A stretch of 64,000 nt of DNA from the NCBI GenBank assembly GCA_965240325.2, contig OZ251231.1, positions 1,488,001 through 1,552,000 on the forward strand. The letters are read 5' to 3'. The notes below the pieces were generated by a model. It worked only from the letters and a program-made list of their open reading frames with translations, ran no database searches and was not told the origin of the DNA. This DNA is from Rebecca billardiae RCC1528. Lineage: Eukaryota; Protista; Haptophyta. Shown in pieces: positions 40,453 through 51,375 of the stretch; the stretch's first letter is position 1; every line of letters starts with the position of its first letter. Made by a program: the position numbers and the translations under genes.

Positions 40453-42982
40453 TCAGACAATGTGGAAGCCCTGCGTGTCTTTGATGGCCGTTAGCAGCTT
40501 CGTGCGTAGTGTCTCCAGCGACTTGTACTCTGGGAGCAGCAGGTGGTTGAAGCACGTGTGCGCCGATGGCAATCTGCCCTCATCCGAGCCGTGCCGAGAG
40601 ATCACCAGCCTGAGCCCGCTGAGGCCCTTGATGGGCACCCTGTCGCTGCCGGTGCAGAAGATGAGGAACCTGCGCTTGGTCTCCTCCTCCATCGCGTGCA
40701 CCACCTCCCAGAACGCCCTGCGCGGCGACGCCCACGCATGCGCCGCGAGGGGCATAAGCACCGGGCGCGCGGCGTGCTCCGCGCGCGGCGTGGCTGGGCG
40801 CACCTGATGGTCTCGTGCTCCGTGCCGTACCCGTCCTCGTACACGGTGCCCTTCTGCAGCGCGTGGAAGTCGAGGTCGGGGCTGCCGCAGATGAGCAGCT
40901 CGAGCTCCTCCCACCTGAAGAGCTCGAGCGCCTGCCCGCCGCACACCTTGTGGAACCCATCCCGGAACGCGCCGAACTGGCGCTCTACCGAGCCGGTGAG
41001 CGTGTGCGCGACGTAGCAGCGCACGTACTCGTCGCGGTTGGCCGCGGTCACCTCGAGCTGGGCGCCGCCTGGCACGAGCTCGTGCGTGCGCTTCTCGCCG
41101 TACACCTCCTGCGTGACGCTGAACGTCAGCCCGAGATCGCTCACGTCGCCGGCGTGGTCGAGCAGGCTCTGCAGGCCTCGCGCCAGTGCCTGCGCGTTCG
41201 CGGAGCAGCCGCGCGGCATGCGCGCGCGCACGCGCGCCCGGTCAGCTCAGCCAGCCGGGCCGCGCCGGCCGCGCCAGCCGCGCACTCGGCGCGCGCGCGG
41301 CGGGGGACGCACCGGGAACGCTCGGCGCAGGTCGTCGAAGGTGCACGGGGTGCCTCGCAGCTTCTTGTACACCACGTGCGGGAAGCGCGCGTCCACGATG
41401 ATCGAGTTGTACAGCGCGACGCCCAGCAGCATCCCGATCAGCTCGAACTCGCGCCTCGACTCAAACGACGCCTCGTTGAACCAGAAGGTGCGCGTGGCCT
41501 CGTCGTAGACGAACATGCCGTAGTTCGGGTCGAAGAGCTGGCTGATCGCGATCTGGAAGAACTCCTTCTGCACGCCGCCCTCGTCGACGCCCTCCTCGCC
41601 CACGAAGTGCACCTTGAGCGGCTTCTTCAGGTCGGCCGACTTGGACGCGAGCTGGTGCAGCGAGTCGCGGATCAGGTGGTCGCGCCGCACGCGCAGGACG
41701 AGGTACGGCGACTGCATCGACATGGTGAAGATCGAGCGGATCACCGCGCCCTCGAACTCCGACGCCATCTGCTCGATCGCGTCCAGCTTGAGCACCGCCG
41801 CCTTGGACGCGGGGTCGAGCACGTACGAGTGCTCGCACAGGCTGAAGCCGTCCGCGTTCACCCACCGCGCGTAGTCTGCGCGCACGTGCAGCTCGTGCGC
41901 GGCGAGCTCGGCGTTGATCGCGTCGTTGTAGAAGGCGCTGAACTCGATCGGCGTCGCCGACGCCTCGTTCGCCGCGTGCACCACGCCGAGCACGCCCACC
42001 GCCGCCTGGATGCCCGCGCTGATCGGGTCTGCGAGCGCGTGCTCATCGTCGTCAGCCGCGATGATGATGAACGTCTGCGCGCAGCTCACGAGGTGGCGCA
42101 GCTGGGCGCGCGGCGCCTTCGCCCACCACGAGGAGAGCTGGCCGTGCGCGGTGTCGGGCAGCCCGCCCAGGGCCGCGTACACCGGCCCCAGGATCGTCTC
42201 GTGGTGCTGCGGCTCGGCGAGCGCCGGGCACGACAGCAGCAGCGCATAAGCATGCGCGACCCGGCCCTCGCGCGAGGCGATCGGGTTGTCGTCGCCCTCG
42301 GCCGCGTCCTCCGCGGCGGCGAGCAGCGCGGCCAACGCGTCCGTCGCCGCGTCGAGCAGCGCCGCCGAGCCCTCCCCCGCGCCCGCGACGTGCGCCCAGA
42401 ACGCGCCGAGCTGCTCCCAGTCGACCGGCTGCGGCACCGAGTCCTCCACCGCGTCGTCGCCGCCGTCAGCCGGGCGCGGCGCCGGGCAGAAGCTCTCGTT
42501 CAGCGCGCGCATGTCCCCGAAGACGGTGCCGATCATGGCCGCAAGACCCGCGGAGCTCGTCGCGTCGTCGTCGTCCTCCGCCTGCAAGTGCCGCACGAGC
42601 TCGATGTCGAGGTAGCTGCCGACGTCCTCGCATAGCCGTGGCGGCACGCGCTGCTGCGCGAGCTGCAGCGCGCGCACGGCGGCGTCGTTCGGGTCCAACG
42701 GGCCCGTGCCGCAACGGAAGTTCGAGCAGTGCGGATTGCGGCAGCCGGTCGGGCGGCGGCACCCTTTTGTCAGCTGCGTGAAGTAGCGGTGCACAAGCGT
42801 CGCAGCTGCGTTCACGGGCGTGTCACCCGCGCCGCCGCTTTCGAGCTGGTCGGCGGTGCTGAGTGCCACTGCGCGGGCGTCACAGCCGGTGCGGGGTGCG
42901 CGCAGGCGAGTGAGAGCCGGTTCGGCGCGCACGCGCGCGCTGTGCGACCGTGGAAGGGCGGGAGCGCGCGCGCGGACGCACT
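40453..42982 (-). CDS. HECT E3 ubiquitin ligase, UBE3A/E6AP-like with AZUL zinc domain; introns 41190-41312, 40718-40803 and probably 42869-42981
   Basis: YFTQLTKGCRRPTGCRNPHC (AZUL), LKKPLKVHFVGEEGVDEGGVQKEFF, FCTGSDRVP and LPSAHTCFNHLLLPEY with the catalytic Cys. The exact 5' end is less certain. Confidence 0.9.
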
Positions 42983-43141
42983 CTGCCGCTTGGAGCGCTG
43001 CTCACCAGCCCGGGGCACCCGGGCAAGGGCTGTACGGTTAGGTTAGCGCCCAGAGTCCGGAGCCAGATGTAGTCCGGAAACCCCGGTTCACGTGGCAGTG
43101 GCGAGCGCGAGTGGGAGCTGAGCCAAAGCTTTCACGTCGCC

Positions 43142-43807
43142 ATGGCGCAGCGGATCACGTACAGGCGGCGGAAGTCGTTCAACACCAAGTCGAACAAGAT
43201 CCGCAAGGTGAAGACGCCCGGCGGTAAGCTGGCCGTGCAGTACCTGCAGAAGAAGCCCAAGGGCGTGATGTGTGGCGACTGCCACAAGCGCTTGCAGGGG
43301 GTGCGTGGCTGTGCCCCGGCGCCGGGCGCGCGGGCCCTGGATGGAGCTGTGGGGTCGTTCGCCGCGCGGCCGCCAGCTCGCCCGCGGCATGCAACCGACA
43401 GTTGGCTGGCTCGGGGCATGCGCGCCCGCCCCCAATGCCGATTCTCACCTTTGGAGCACGCGGCCGTTTCCGCCCCCCGCCTGCGCAGATCCCGTCGCTC
43501 CGGCCCAAGGAGTACTCGCGCATCTCGCGCCGCGAGAAGACGGTCTCTCGCGCATACGGTGGCTCGCGCTGCGGCAAGTGCGTGCGCCAGCGGTGAGTGC
43601 ACGCGCGCCGTCGCCGCTCAGGCTTGCCCGTGCGCGCGCGCGCCCGGAGCGCTGGTCGGTGGGCAGCCTCGCTGACGCACACGCACATGCCTGCCTGGGC
43701 GCTCGACCCGCCCCGCGTCGCGCAGGATCGTGCGTGCGTTCCTCGTGGAGGAGCAAAAGATCGTGAAGAAGGTGCTCAAGGCGCAGGGCCAGGTCCAGAA
43801 GGCCTAA
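43142..43807 (+). CDS. RPL34: 60S ribosomal protein L34; introns 43301-43488 and 43593-43725
   Basis: Spliced [78 protein letters not shown]. Confidence 0.96.
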
Positions 43808-44307
43808 GCCAGGCCTCAGGACGTGGCTCACAGCACGGGCGGCGGCTCAGTCAGCACGCGTCGACGGTCATCGGAGGATTGGGCGCGGGGGTATGCGGCT
43901 GGGCGCGACGTGATCGGCAGCTTCGGTGTCTTCGACCTGAGCGCAGCGATGCACGAGGGTCTCGTTGCGTTCACCTGGCTCGCGCTTTGAGCGACATGGA
44001 TGACCGATGGCCGCATGGCGATGACGGCTACACGGTCGGTCGCGGCAGAATGCGGCGCGGATCTGTCGGTCCGCGCCGCTGTCCAGAATCCGTGTCAAAC
44101 TTTGTCGAACACAACGACTGTGGAGCTGACCGTCTGCGCTTACTCGCGCGCACAGACCGTGGCATGTGCCCGAGTCATCGTCGGATGTGGTCATGTGGGC
44201 AGCCTGGGCAGATCTTAGTACACTAGCTTACTAGAGATTCCTGATTAGAAAAGCGGACGTGAAAAATGTGCGCTGCTAGCTTTTCGAGTTTTCGTGCTCG
44301 GGACACG

Positions 44308-45648
44308 ATGGCGACGGCGCCCGCCGTGCTGACCGGCCTGGGCATCCTGCTCGTGGCCGCGCTCGGGCGGAGGCGGCGGGTGAGGTGCGCGGGCGCATCC
44401 CTGCGCGTCGTTTTCGTGCACCCAGACCTCGGCCTCGGCGGCGCTGAGCGGCTGGTCGTCGACGCGGCCCTCGCAGCAGCCGCACGCGGCCACTCGGTCT
44501 GCGTGTACACGTCGCACTACGACCCGTCGCGTTGCTTCGAGGAGACGAAGGGCGGGCGCTTCGAGATCGTGGTGGGCGGGGACTGGATCCCACGCTCGAT
44601 CGCCGGCCGTGCGCACATCCTGTGCGCCGTCGCGCGCGGCATCGCGCTCGCCGCCTACCTGCTGGCGCGCGAGGCGGGCGGCGCACACGTCGCGTTTGTC
44701 GACCAGCTGAGCATCGCTGTGCCGCTGCTGCGGCTTGGAGGGCTGCGCGTGGTGTTCTACTGCCACTTCCCCGACAAGCTGCTTGCTCGCACGCAGCGCC
44801 TCTCCCTCGCCAAGCGCCTCTACCGCCTCCCGTTCGACGCGGCCGAGGAGCTGACGACGGGCTGCGCACACGCGCTACTCGTGAACTCTGCCTACACGCG
44901 CGCCGTGTTCGCCCGGTCCTTCCCGCTGCTGAGCGCGCTCCGCGCGGCGCCGGAGGTGCTTCACCCGTGCGTCGACCTCGCGCGCATCCCCGCCCTGCCG
45001 CCGCCCGCGCCCACCGCGCCCTCCGCCGCCGCCCTCGCCTTCCTCTCCCTCAACCGCTTCGAGCGCAAGAAGGAGCTCGGCCTCGCGCTGCGCGCGCTCG
45101 CTGCAATGCGCCCGGCCGCGCGCGCGCGCGCGCGGCTCGTGGTGGCGGGTGGGTACGACGAGCGCGTGCGTGAGAATGTGGAGTACTACGCCGAGCTGGT
45201 CGCCCTCGCCGCGCAGCTCGGCGTCGAGTCGCAGGTCGAGTTCCGCCGCTCCGTGGATGACGCGGAGCGCGCGCGGCTGATGTCCGAGGCACTCGCTGTC
45301 GTGTACACGCCAGCGCACGAGCACTTTGGCATCGTGCCCCTCGAGGCGATGGCGGCGGCGCGCTGCGTGATCGCGGCGGATAGCGGCGGGCCGCTCGAGA
45401 CGATTGCGCACGGCGAGACCGGCTGGCTCTGCGTGCCCACGGCCGCGGCCTTTGGCGCCGCGCTCGAGCGGTGTGTCGACGAGCCAGATGCGGCCGTGCG
45501 CATGGGGCGAGCTGGCCGAGAGCGCGTGCGCGATCACTTCTCAGCCGAGGTGTTCGGCGCGCGGCTCGAGGAGGCGATTGCGGGCCAAACTAGCGTGCGC
45601 TCGCGGCCGCGGGCGGACGGTGGACCGGTGACAGGTCGCTCATCGTGA
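44308..45648 (+). CDS. ALG2: Alpha-1,3/1,6-mannosyltransferase ALG2 (GT4)
   Basis: FVHPDLGLGGAERLVVDAA, SHYDPSRCFEET, FYCHFPDKLL, LSLNRFERKK, GGYDERVRENVEY, EHFGIVPLEAM. Confidence 0.95.
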   Translation: MATAPAVLTGLGILLVAALGRRRRVRCAGASLRVVFVHPDLGLGGAERLVVDAALAAAARGHSVCVYTSHYDPSRCFEETKGGRFEIVVGGDWIPRSIAGRAHILCAVARGIALAAYLLAREAGGAHVAFVDQLSIAVPLLRLGGLRVVFYCHFPDKLLARTQRLSLAKRLYRLPFDAAEELTTGCAHALLVNSAYTRAVFARSFPLLSALRAAPEVLHPCVDLARIPALPPPAPTAPSAAALAFLSLNRFERKKELGLALRALAAMRPAARARARLVVAGGYDERVRENVEYYAELVALAAQLGVESQVEFRRSVDDAERARLMSEALAVVYTPAHEHFGIVPLEAMAAARCVIAADSGGPLETIAHGETGWLCVPTAAAFGAALERCVDEPDAAVRMGRAGRERVRDHFSAEVFGARLEEAIAGQTSVRSRPRADGGPVTGRSS

Positions 45649-45980
45649 GCTCGGCTGCCCGGAGGCTATCGGCGCTTGCTTAGGCCGCCTCCGACGAGGC
45701 TCAGACCGTGCCTGCAGGTGGCGGCTTAGCCGCTTAGCTTGAGCCTTACCGCTTACGCCTACGGCCTAACCCGTAACCGCTTACGGCTACGCCCGTTGTA
45801 ACCCGTTTCCGCCTTACCTGCTGATGATTCAGACAGCACCGTCGCCTACTGCTAGCTCAGATATTCCGGGCTGCGCTACTCGGATCGTCAGTATCTGAAT
45901 TATCTTAATATAAGTGCTAATAATACTACTAATACTCTCTCTCTCTCTAGCTCTCTAGCTATATTATTAATACTATTATT

Positions 45981-45984
<4 letters not shown>

Positions 45985-46014
<30 letters not shown>
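45985..46014. repeat. (TA)n microsatellite in an AT-rich intergenic island
   Basis: Directly visible (TA)15 run. Confidence 0.9.
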
Positions 46015-46015
<1 letters not shown>

Positions 46016-46516
46016 GGCGGTATTAACTTAAGACACTTATTACTTAAGACTACAGTACCGACGCTATATAGACCAGACAGACCTGTAGCAGCTGATCGAG
46101 TATAGTCCGAGACTCAGATGCTGACCTTATGGCTGATCAATCCGCCTCCGGGGGCCCCGCCACTGCCAGCCGGCCCAGCCGCGCGGGCGCGCCAGCGGCG
46201 CGGAGGCGGCGGACCGGGCCGCGGATGTCGTCGATTCGTCATGTCGATGACCCGCGGCGCCGCGTCGCGGACCGCGGGCGCGCGGGTCAGGGGACTCAGG
46301 GCATGGCGCCTGGCGGGACTCCGCCGACTCAGAGGTGAGAGGAGTCGTAGTCGGATTGAAAGAGGCCTGCCAGACCCCAGAGTATCACTACATACAGTAG
46401 CGCGAGCCGGGACGGCCTGCGGCAGACCTTAGAGATACAAGGTCTACACAGTTGAAGTCATTCTCTCAGATGGTGCCCTGGCCCACATGGCACGGGCTCT
46501 CACTCATGCAGTGGCC

Positions 46517-48238
46517 TCATGGCACACACAGCAGGTGGCGCTCGTCCATGCGCAGCAGGAATGGGCATAGCCGCTCGAACAGCTCGTCCGGGTCCACGCT
46601 CGCGTCGAGCTTGTGCGCGGCCGCCTTGAAGCTGCGCACCACACGCCGTGCCGGGCGCGTGCGCGCACAGCGGATGAGCGCACGCTGCGCGCGGCGCGGC
46701 CCGCGCGGCCGGCGCAATCGGGCGCGCGCGGCGCCGCACGCACTGTGCGATGAGGCCAGGCTTGCCCGTGCTCCACGTCTTGAGCCGGCGCTCGGCCACC
46801 TCGCGCGTGTCGCGCGGGTGCTGCACCAACCGCGCCTCGAGGCCCGCGGGCGCGTCCGCCGGCAGCGCGCCCAGATGGTAGGCCTTGCCGCTGACCGGGT
46901 CGATGCGCCTGCTCGTGATCGCCGAGATTGCCGCCTCGTCCGCGAGCTCGAGCACGAGGAGCTCGCGCACGTGCACGCCCTTCTCCGTGAGGGCGAGCGC
47001 CTGCGCGCTCGTGCGCGGGAAGCCCTCCAGCAGCCAGCCGTGCAGGCGGCAATCCTCGGTCGCGAGCCGCTCGAGCACCAGCTGGCACATGATCTCATCA
47101 GGCACTGCGGCCGAGGGCGCGGGCGCGGGCGCGCAGCGAGGCGCGGCGCGGCGAGGCGCGGCGGGCGCGCGTAAGGGGCGCGGGCGAGGCAGAGCCGTGC
47201 GCGCGCCGGCACGCCGCGCCCAGCACTCCCGCCGTCGCTCGGCCGGCCCGCGCGCGCACCTGGCGCGTCGGTCTCCTTGTACACCTTGGCCTTGGCTCCG
47301 AGCTCGGTGCCGTGCGCCACCGCCGTCTCCACGAGCTCATCCGCAGACACGAGCACCGCGCCAAACTTGGCCGAGAGGCGGGCGGCCTGCTCGGCGGTGC
47401 CCGAGCCGGGCGGGCCGACGAGCGCGACGGCAGGCGCCGGGCGTGGCGCGCGCGTCGGCGCGGGCGCGGAGAGCAGCTTCCCGAGCCGCTCCGCGACGTC
47501 GGCGTCGCTGCCCCGGCCGTCGACGCTGAAGGCGACCTGCGCCCAGAGGCTGGCCATGCTCCGCTGCGTGCGGTGGTAGTCCGCGATCGAGGCGGCGATC
47601 GCCTCGGGCTCGTCCTCGGGCCGCGTCTCGAGCCTCGCCGCGACGTTCGGGTCCCCCGGCGGCTGGTCTGCCGTGTACGGCGGGTGGTCCGGATCCTCGG
47701 GGTCGTACCGCCGAGTCTCCGCGATCCGTGCGAACGCATCCTCGTCCGTTTGGATCGAGACGTGCAGCGTGGGCAGGTTGCCCATGGCGAGGAGGAGCTG
47801 CGCCTGCTCGAGCGTGCGCGGGAAGTTCACCAGCACCCAGCCCTTCTGCTGGCACTCGTCCGAGAGCATCTGCTCCGTCAGCGCCTGCACGAGCAGGTCG
47901 TCAGGGATAGGCTCGCCGCTGTCGACGTACTTGGCCGCCTCGGCAGCGACGCCCGTTGACGCGATGTCGTTCACGACCGCGTCGGCGTCGACGACGACAA
48001 GGCCGTAACGGTGTGAGAGCTCCATCGCCTGCACCGCCGCTAGCGAGCTGTCCACGCTCGTCAGTATCACGCGCGGCCGCTTGTCGGTCTGCAGCGCCGA
48101 GATGAGGAATCCGATCGGGTCGTCCGGCTTCTCGACGATGAGGCGGGCCATCATCCCCTCGAGGAGCTGGAACACCTTGTGCTTGTTGCAGTACTCCGTG
48201 TTCTCGTCCATCAGCCCCGACGAATCTGGCATCACCAT
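46517..48238 (-). CDS. Tandem adenylate-kinase-domain protein (AK8-like) with N-terminal Dpy-30/RIIa-like docking helix; introns 47105-47259 and 46632-46743
   Basis: YCNKHKVFQLLEGMMARLIVEKPDDPIGFLI. Domain 1: GWVLVNFPRTLEQA, RRYDP. Domain 2: LVGPPGSG, GWLLEGFPRTSAQA, RRIDPVSGKAYHL. Confidence 0.85.
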   Translation of the reverse strand: MVMPDSSGLMDENTEYCNKHKVFQLLEGMMARLIVEKPDDPIGFLISALQTDKRPRVILTSVDSSLAAVQAMELSHRYGLVVVDADAVVNDIASTGVAAEAAKYVDSGEPIPDDLLVQALTEQMLSDECQQKGWVLVNFPRTLEQAQLLLAMGNLPTLHVSIQTDEDAFARIAETRRYDPEDPDHPPYTADQPPGDPNVAARLETRPEDEPEAIAASIADYHRTQRSMASLWAQVAFSVDGRGSDADVAERLGKLLSAPAPTRAPRPAPAVALVGPPGSGTAEQAARLSAKFGAVLVSADELVETAVAHGTELGAKAKVYKETDAPGARAGRPSDGGSAGRGVPARARLCLARAPYARPPRLAAPRLAARPRPRPRPQCLMRSCASWCSSGSRPRIAACTAGCWRASRARARRRSPSRRRACTCASSSCSSSRTRRQSRRSRAGASTRSAARPTIWARCRRTRPRASRRGWCSTRATRARWPSAGSRRGARASLASSHSACGAARARLRRPRGPRRAQRALIRCARTRPARRVVRSFKAAAHKLDASVDPDELFERLCPFLLRMDERHLLCVP

Positions 48239-48521
48239 CGCGCCCGGGGGGAGGCCAAGCGCGCCCGGCGAGCGCGCGGCGGTTCAAGTCGTAGTAGAAC
48301 TCGGCCCAGCTTGATCACGGAGGAGAAACGCTGAAACGGCGCGATGGCTGCCGAACTTGCGTCATTTTTGCGCGAGCCTTATTTTTTTCACGCCTCGAAA
48401 AATCAGATGACGAACGGCTTGCGGCCGGGAGCGAGCGGAGACCGGAGAGCGCCGAGCGTGACGAAGCGCAGATGAGGCGAAGTCTCGAGAGTGTCGCGCC
48501 CGGCTGGCCGACTCGCCGATA

Positions 48522-49172
48522 ATGACGCGCTGCCTTGCGACGACTGCGCTCGCGCTCGCGGCGTCGGCGCTGCTTGCGGCCCCCGGGGCTGAGGCATTCG
48601 CTGGTGCGCGGGGCTCTGCGTTCCGCCCGCGGCTGACCTCGGCAGTGGCGCCCGCTCCGGCGGCGCACCTCCCGCGCGGGAGCGCGCGGAGTGTAGCGGT
48701 GATGGCTGACAAGCCGAAGGAGAAGGCGGCCGCGGCTGCGCCGGAGCCAGAGGTGACCTTCTTCGAGGGCCCGCCGTCGTGGACGGAGGTCGTCGTCCCC
48801 GCCATCTCCATCATCACCGTGCTCGGCATCGTGCCCTTTGTCGCCGCGATCTCGCGGCAGGTGTGGACCAAGTACAAGATCACCAACCGGCGTATCAGCA
48901 TCCAGAGTGGCTGGGGTGGCAACGACCTTGTGGAGGTGGTGTACCGGGACATTGTGGAAGTGAAGTTCCTCTTCCGCTTCGCTGGCGCCGCCGGCGACAT
49001 GGTGATGGAGCTCAGCGACGGCGCCAAGCTCGAGATCCGCTCGATGCCCAACTTTGAGGAGAACTACGACTACATCATGTCGCAGGTCAGCCCTGCGTGC
49101 CGCGAGGCGTCCAACTACAAGCCGCTGTCGAAAAACGCTCCCGCGGCGGTGTCGGCGCCGGGGGATGAATAA
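48522..49172 (+). CDS. Plastid-targeted bPH_2 (bacterial PH) domain membrane protein of cyanobacterial type
   Basis: Signal peptide ending AEA-F, then an Ala/Arg/Ser-rich transit peptide. Core FFEGPP..WTKYKITNRRISIQSGWGG..GDMVMELSDGAKLEIRSMPNF. Confidence 0.75.
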   Translation: MTRCLATTALALAASALLAAPGAEAFAGARGSAFRPRLTSAVAPAPAAHLPRGSARSVAVMADKPKEKAAAAAPEPEVTFFEGPPSWTEVVVPAISIITVLGIVPFVAAISRQVWTKYKITNRRISIQSGWGGNDLVEVVYRDIVEVKFLFRFAGAAGDMVMELSDGAKLEIRSMPNFEENYDYIMSQVSPACREASNYKPLSKNAPAAVSAPGDE

Positions 49173-49714
49173 TCACGCGGCTTGGGGACGACATGAGCAG
49201 CTTCGGGGCGCTGGCCCACCATCACACTTTTTGTCCATCGCCCGTAGGGCGTGAACGCGGATGCGGCGCCCGCGGTCGGCAGCCAGTGCTGTCTTCGGGT
49301 GCCGGTCACCGATGGCGCAGTGCCACGCCGCCCATGTGAGTCGTCTGAGACTACGGTCTGCCGTCTGGCCCGGCGAGTCACTGCTGCCCGGAGTCTGACA
49401 TGACGGTTGATGTCTGAGGAAGGACGATAGCGTGACAGGTAGCTAGGGGTCTCAGATAGTTGGTTCGGTGATTGTTTCATGACACTATGGGGGTAAGGCT
49501 ACCGCTACCAGCTACTGGGAGAAGTCGCCGCGTGGCAGAGCTCGTCCTCCGTGGCCGGAAACGTCACCCTTTGCTCGCCGGCGTTTTGCGGCGAAAGCGC
49601 GCGAAATCTGAAATCCTTATTGCTTGCGCTGTCGCCTGCTCCGCTGCGAACACAGCGACAGGTTCACCCATCACGTGCGAGTTCCTCCCCTCCTGCGCAG
49701 CGCGCCTATCCGCC

Positions 49715-50563
49715 ATGCCGGGAAACGAGATCGTGCCATTTGCTGGTGGCTGGCTCATGTGGTCGCTCACCCGCTTCGGAGGCTGCTATGCAGCCATGCT
49801 CCTCGCACTTCTCGTGGCGCAGCGCGCGCTCATCTTTCCTCGGCCGACGGCAGACATGCTCCTAGACCCAACGCGGGAAGGTGGGCGGCTCATCAGTGCA
49901 GGGGACGCGAGAGCGTTGTACTTTCCGGCGGGCCCCGGAAAGAGCACGCTGCTCTACTTCCATGGCAACGGCGATCAGATTGGGGGTGCCGGTGCATACT
50001 TGGGCAGCAGACTCAACTCCAACGATGGACTTGGGTTTGTCGGCATCGAGTATCCAGGCTACGGCGTCGCTCCCGGCTCGCCGTCGGAGGCGGCCTGCGT
50101 GGATGCAGCGATGGCTATCGTCGAGCATCTCGAAGCAGCGCACGGCCTGCCCCGCCGGGAGCTTGTTGTCTTCGGGCAGTCGATCGGATGCGCGATCGCC
50201 TTGAATCTGGTGACCTCGGGCGTTGGCCAACGTCTCGTCTTGCTGTCGCCATTCGCGTCGTTGTACGAGATGGCTGGCACGGCCTTCCCGATCGCCAAGC
50301 CAGCGCTTCGCCTCTTGCCATTCCTGCTACGCGACAAGCTCGACAATCTGTCGCGCGCGCGCCATGTGCGCATCCCAACACTGGTGATCCATGGGAGCCG
50401 AGACGAGATCGTGCCCTATGAGCAGGGCGAGAGGCTGGCGAGCCTCATCCCTGGGGCACGCTTCATTGGGCTCCCCATGGGTCACAATGACGTGTTCAGT
50501 CCGCCGCACGGGCACACTGTGCTGAAGCACGTGCGTTCGTTCGCTCAGGTGGTGCATCGATGA
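49715..50563 (+). CDS. Alpha/beta hydrolase, BEM46/ABHD13-like
   Basis: N-terminal TM and QRALIFP, then LYFHGNG, EYPGYG, GQSIG (nucleophile), HGSRDEIVP and GHND. Confidence 0.88.
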   Translation: MPGNEIVPFAGGWLMWSLTRFGGCYAAMLLALLVAQRALIFPRPTADMLLDPTREGGRLISAGDARALYFPAGPGKSTLLYFHGNGDQIGGAGAYLGSRLNSNDGLGFVGIEYPGYGVAPGSPSEAACVDAAMAIVEHLEAAHGLPRRELVVFGQSIGCAIALNLVTSGVGQRLVLLSPFASLYEMAGTAFPIAKPALRLLPFLLRDKLDNLSRARHVRIPTLVIHGSRDEIVPYEQGERLASLIPGARFIGLPMGHNDVFSPPHGHTVLKHVRSFAQVVHR

Positions 50564-51375
50564 CCATGGCCGGCGTCTCGTCGCACCGGAGCCTGCTGGC
50601 TGGCAGCAGTCTGACTCTGCGGACTGCGGAGCCGAGGCTGGGCCGCCTGGGGCCGAACCCAGTCACCAGCGGTGCGCCGCGGGCCGGCCGGCTGGGCCCG
50701 GTCGCCCCGCGCCGGGGCAAGGCCCGGCTGGCCTGACCCGCAGGCCGCTGCACCGTGCCGCGGCAGTCGGCCGGGGCAGCATATCCTGATGGCTAATCTA
50801 CCGCTTATCCTCAATATCCTGCGCGCGGCTCACACGTACTGCGGTCGCGGAGTCGCGGACCACTTCCACGACCACAGGCTTCCCACTTAGAGACAGCTAA
50901 CAGTCTTATATACCCAGCGTGACGGACGCGGTCATCACGGCCTTGGCAGGTGGCACGTCTTCAGACGAGTCTATATCATCAAGTCATCACGGTAGTACTC
51001 CGGGATTCGGGAATCCGCGGGACTGCTCCGCCGCGGGCGCGGAGACTGAGCCCGGAGTACTATACTGACTACTACTCTGCGGTGCCATTTATAATTATTA
51101 TTAAATTATAACACCGTGAGGCTACTTCGCAGCAACTCCGTAGCGGTGCCGCGCGGCATGACGCGCATCCATAGTATCGTCATCATCATCATATATGGGC
51201 GGCTTGAATTCCGTCACCAGACTTTCCGTCGCATTAGTTAGATGGGGGACACTGGCGGCATGATGGGCTGATGCCGCTGATGGCCGTGATGGCGCATGAG
51301 ACACGACAGTGAGTGATGCCATGCAATGCCCGGCGGCCCGCAACTGTCCGAAAGACGTAAAGAGTGAACTGTGAA

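Noticed and set aside
43301-43725. snoRNA in the RPL34 introns
   Set aside because: No convincing C/D or H/ACA box arrangement was seen.
45720-45820. Telomere-like repeats (cctaac/cttac)
   Set aside because: There is no constant unit; the stretch is too degenerate to call an interstitial telomere.
48278-48300. GGTTCAAGTC T-loop-like motif as a tRNA
   Set aside because: No T-stem, acceptor stem or cloverleaf forms around it.
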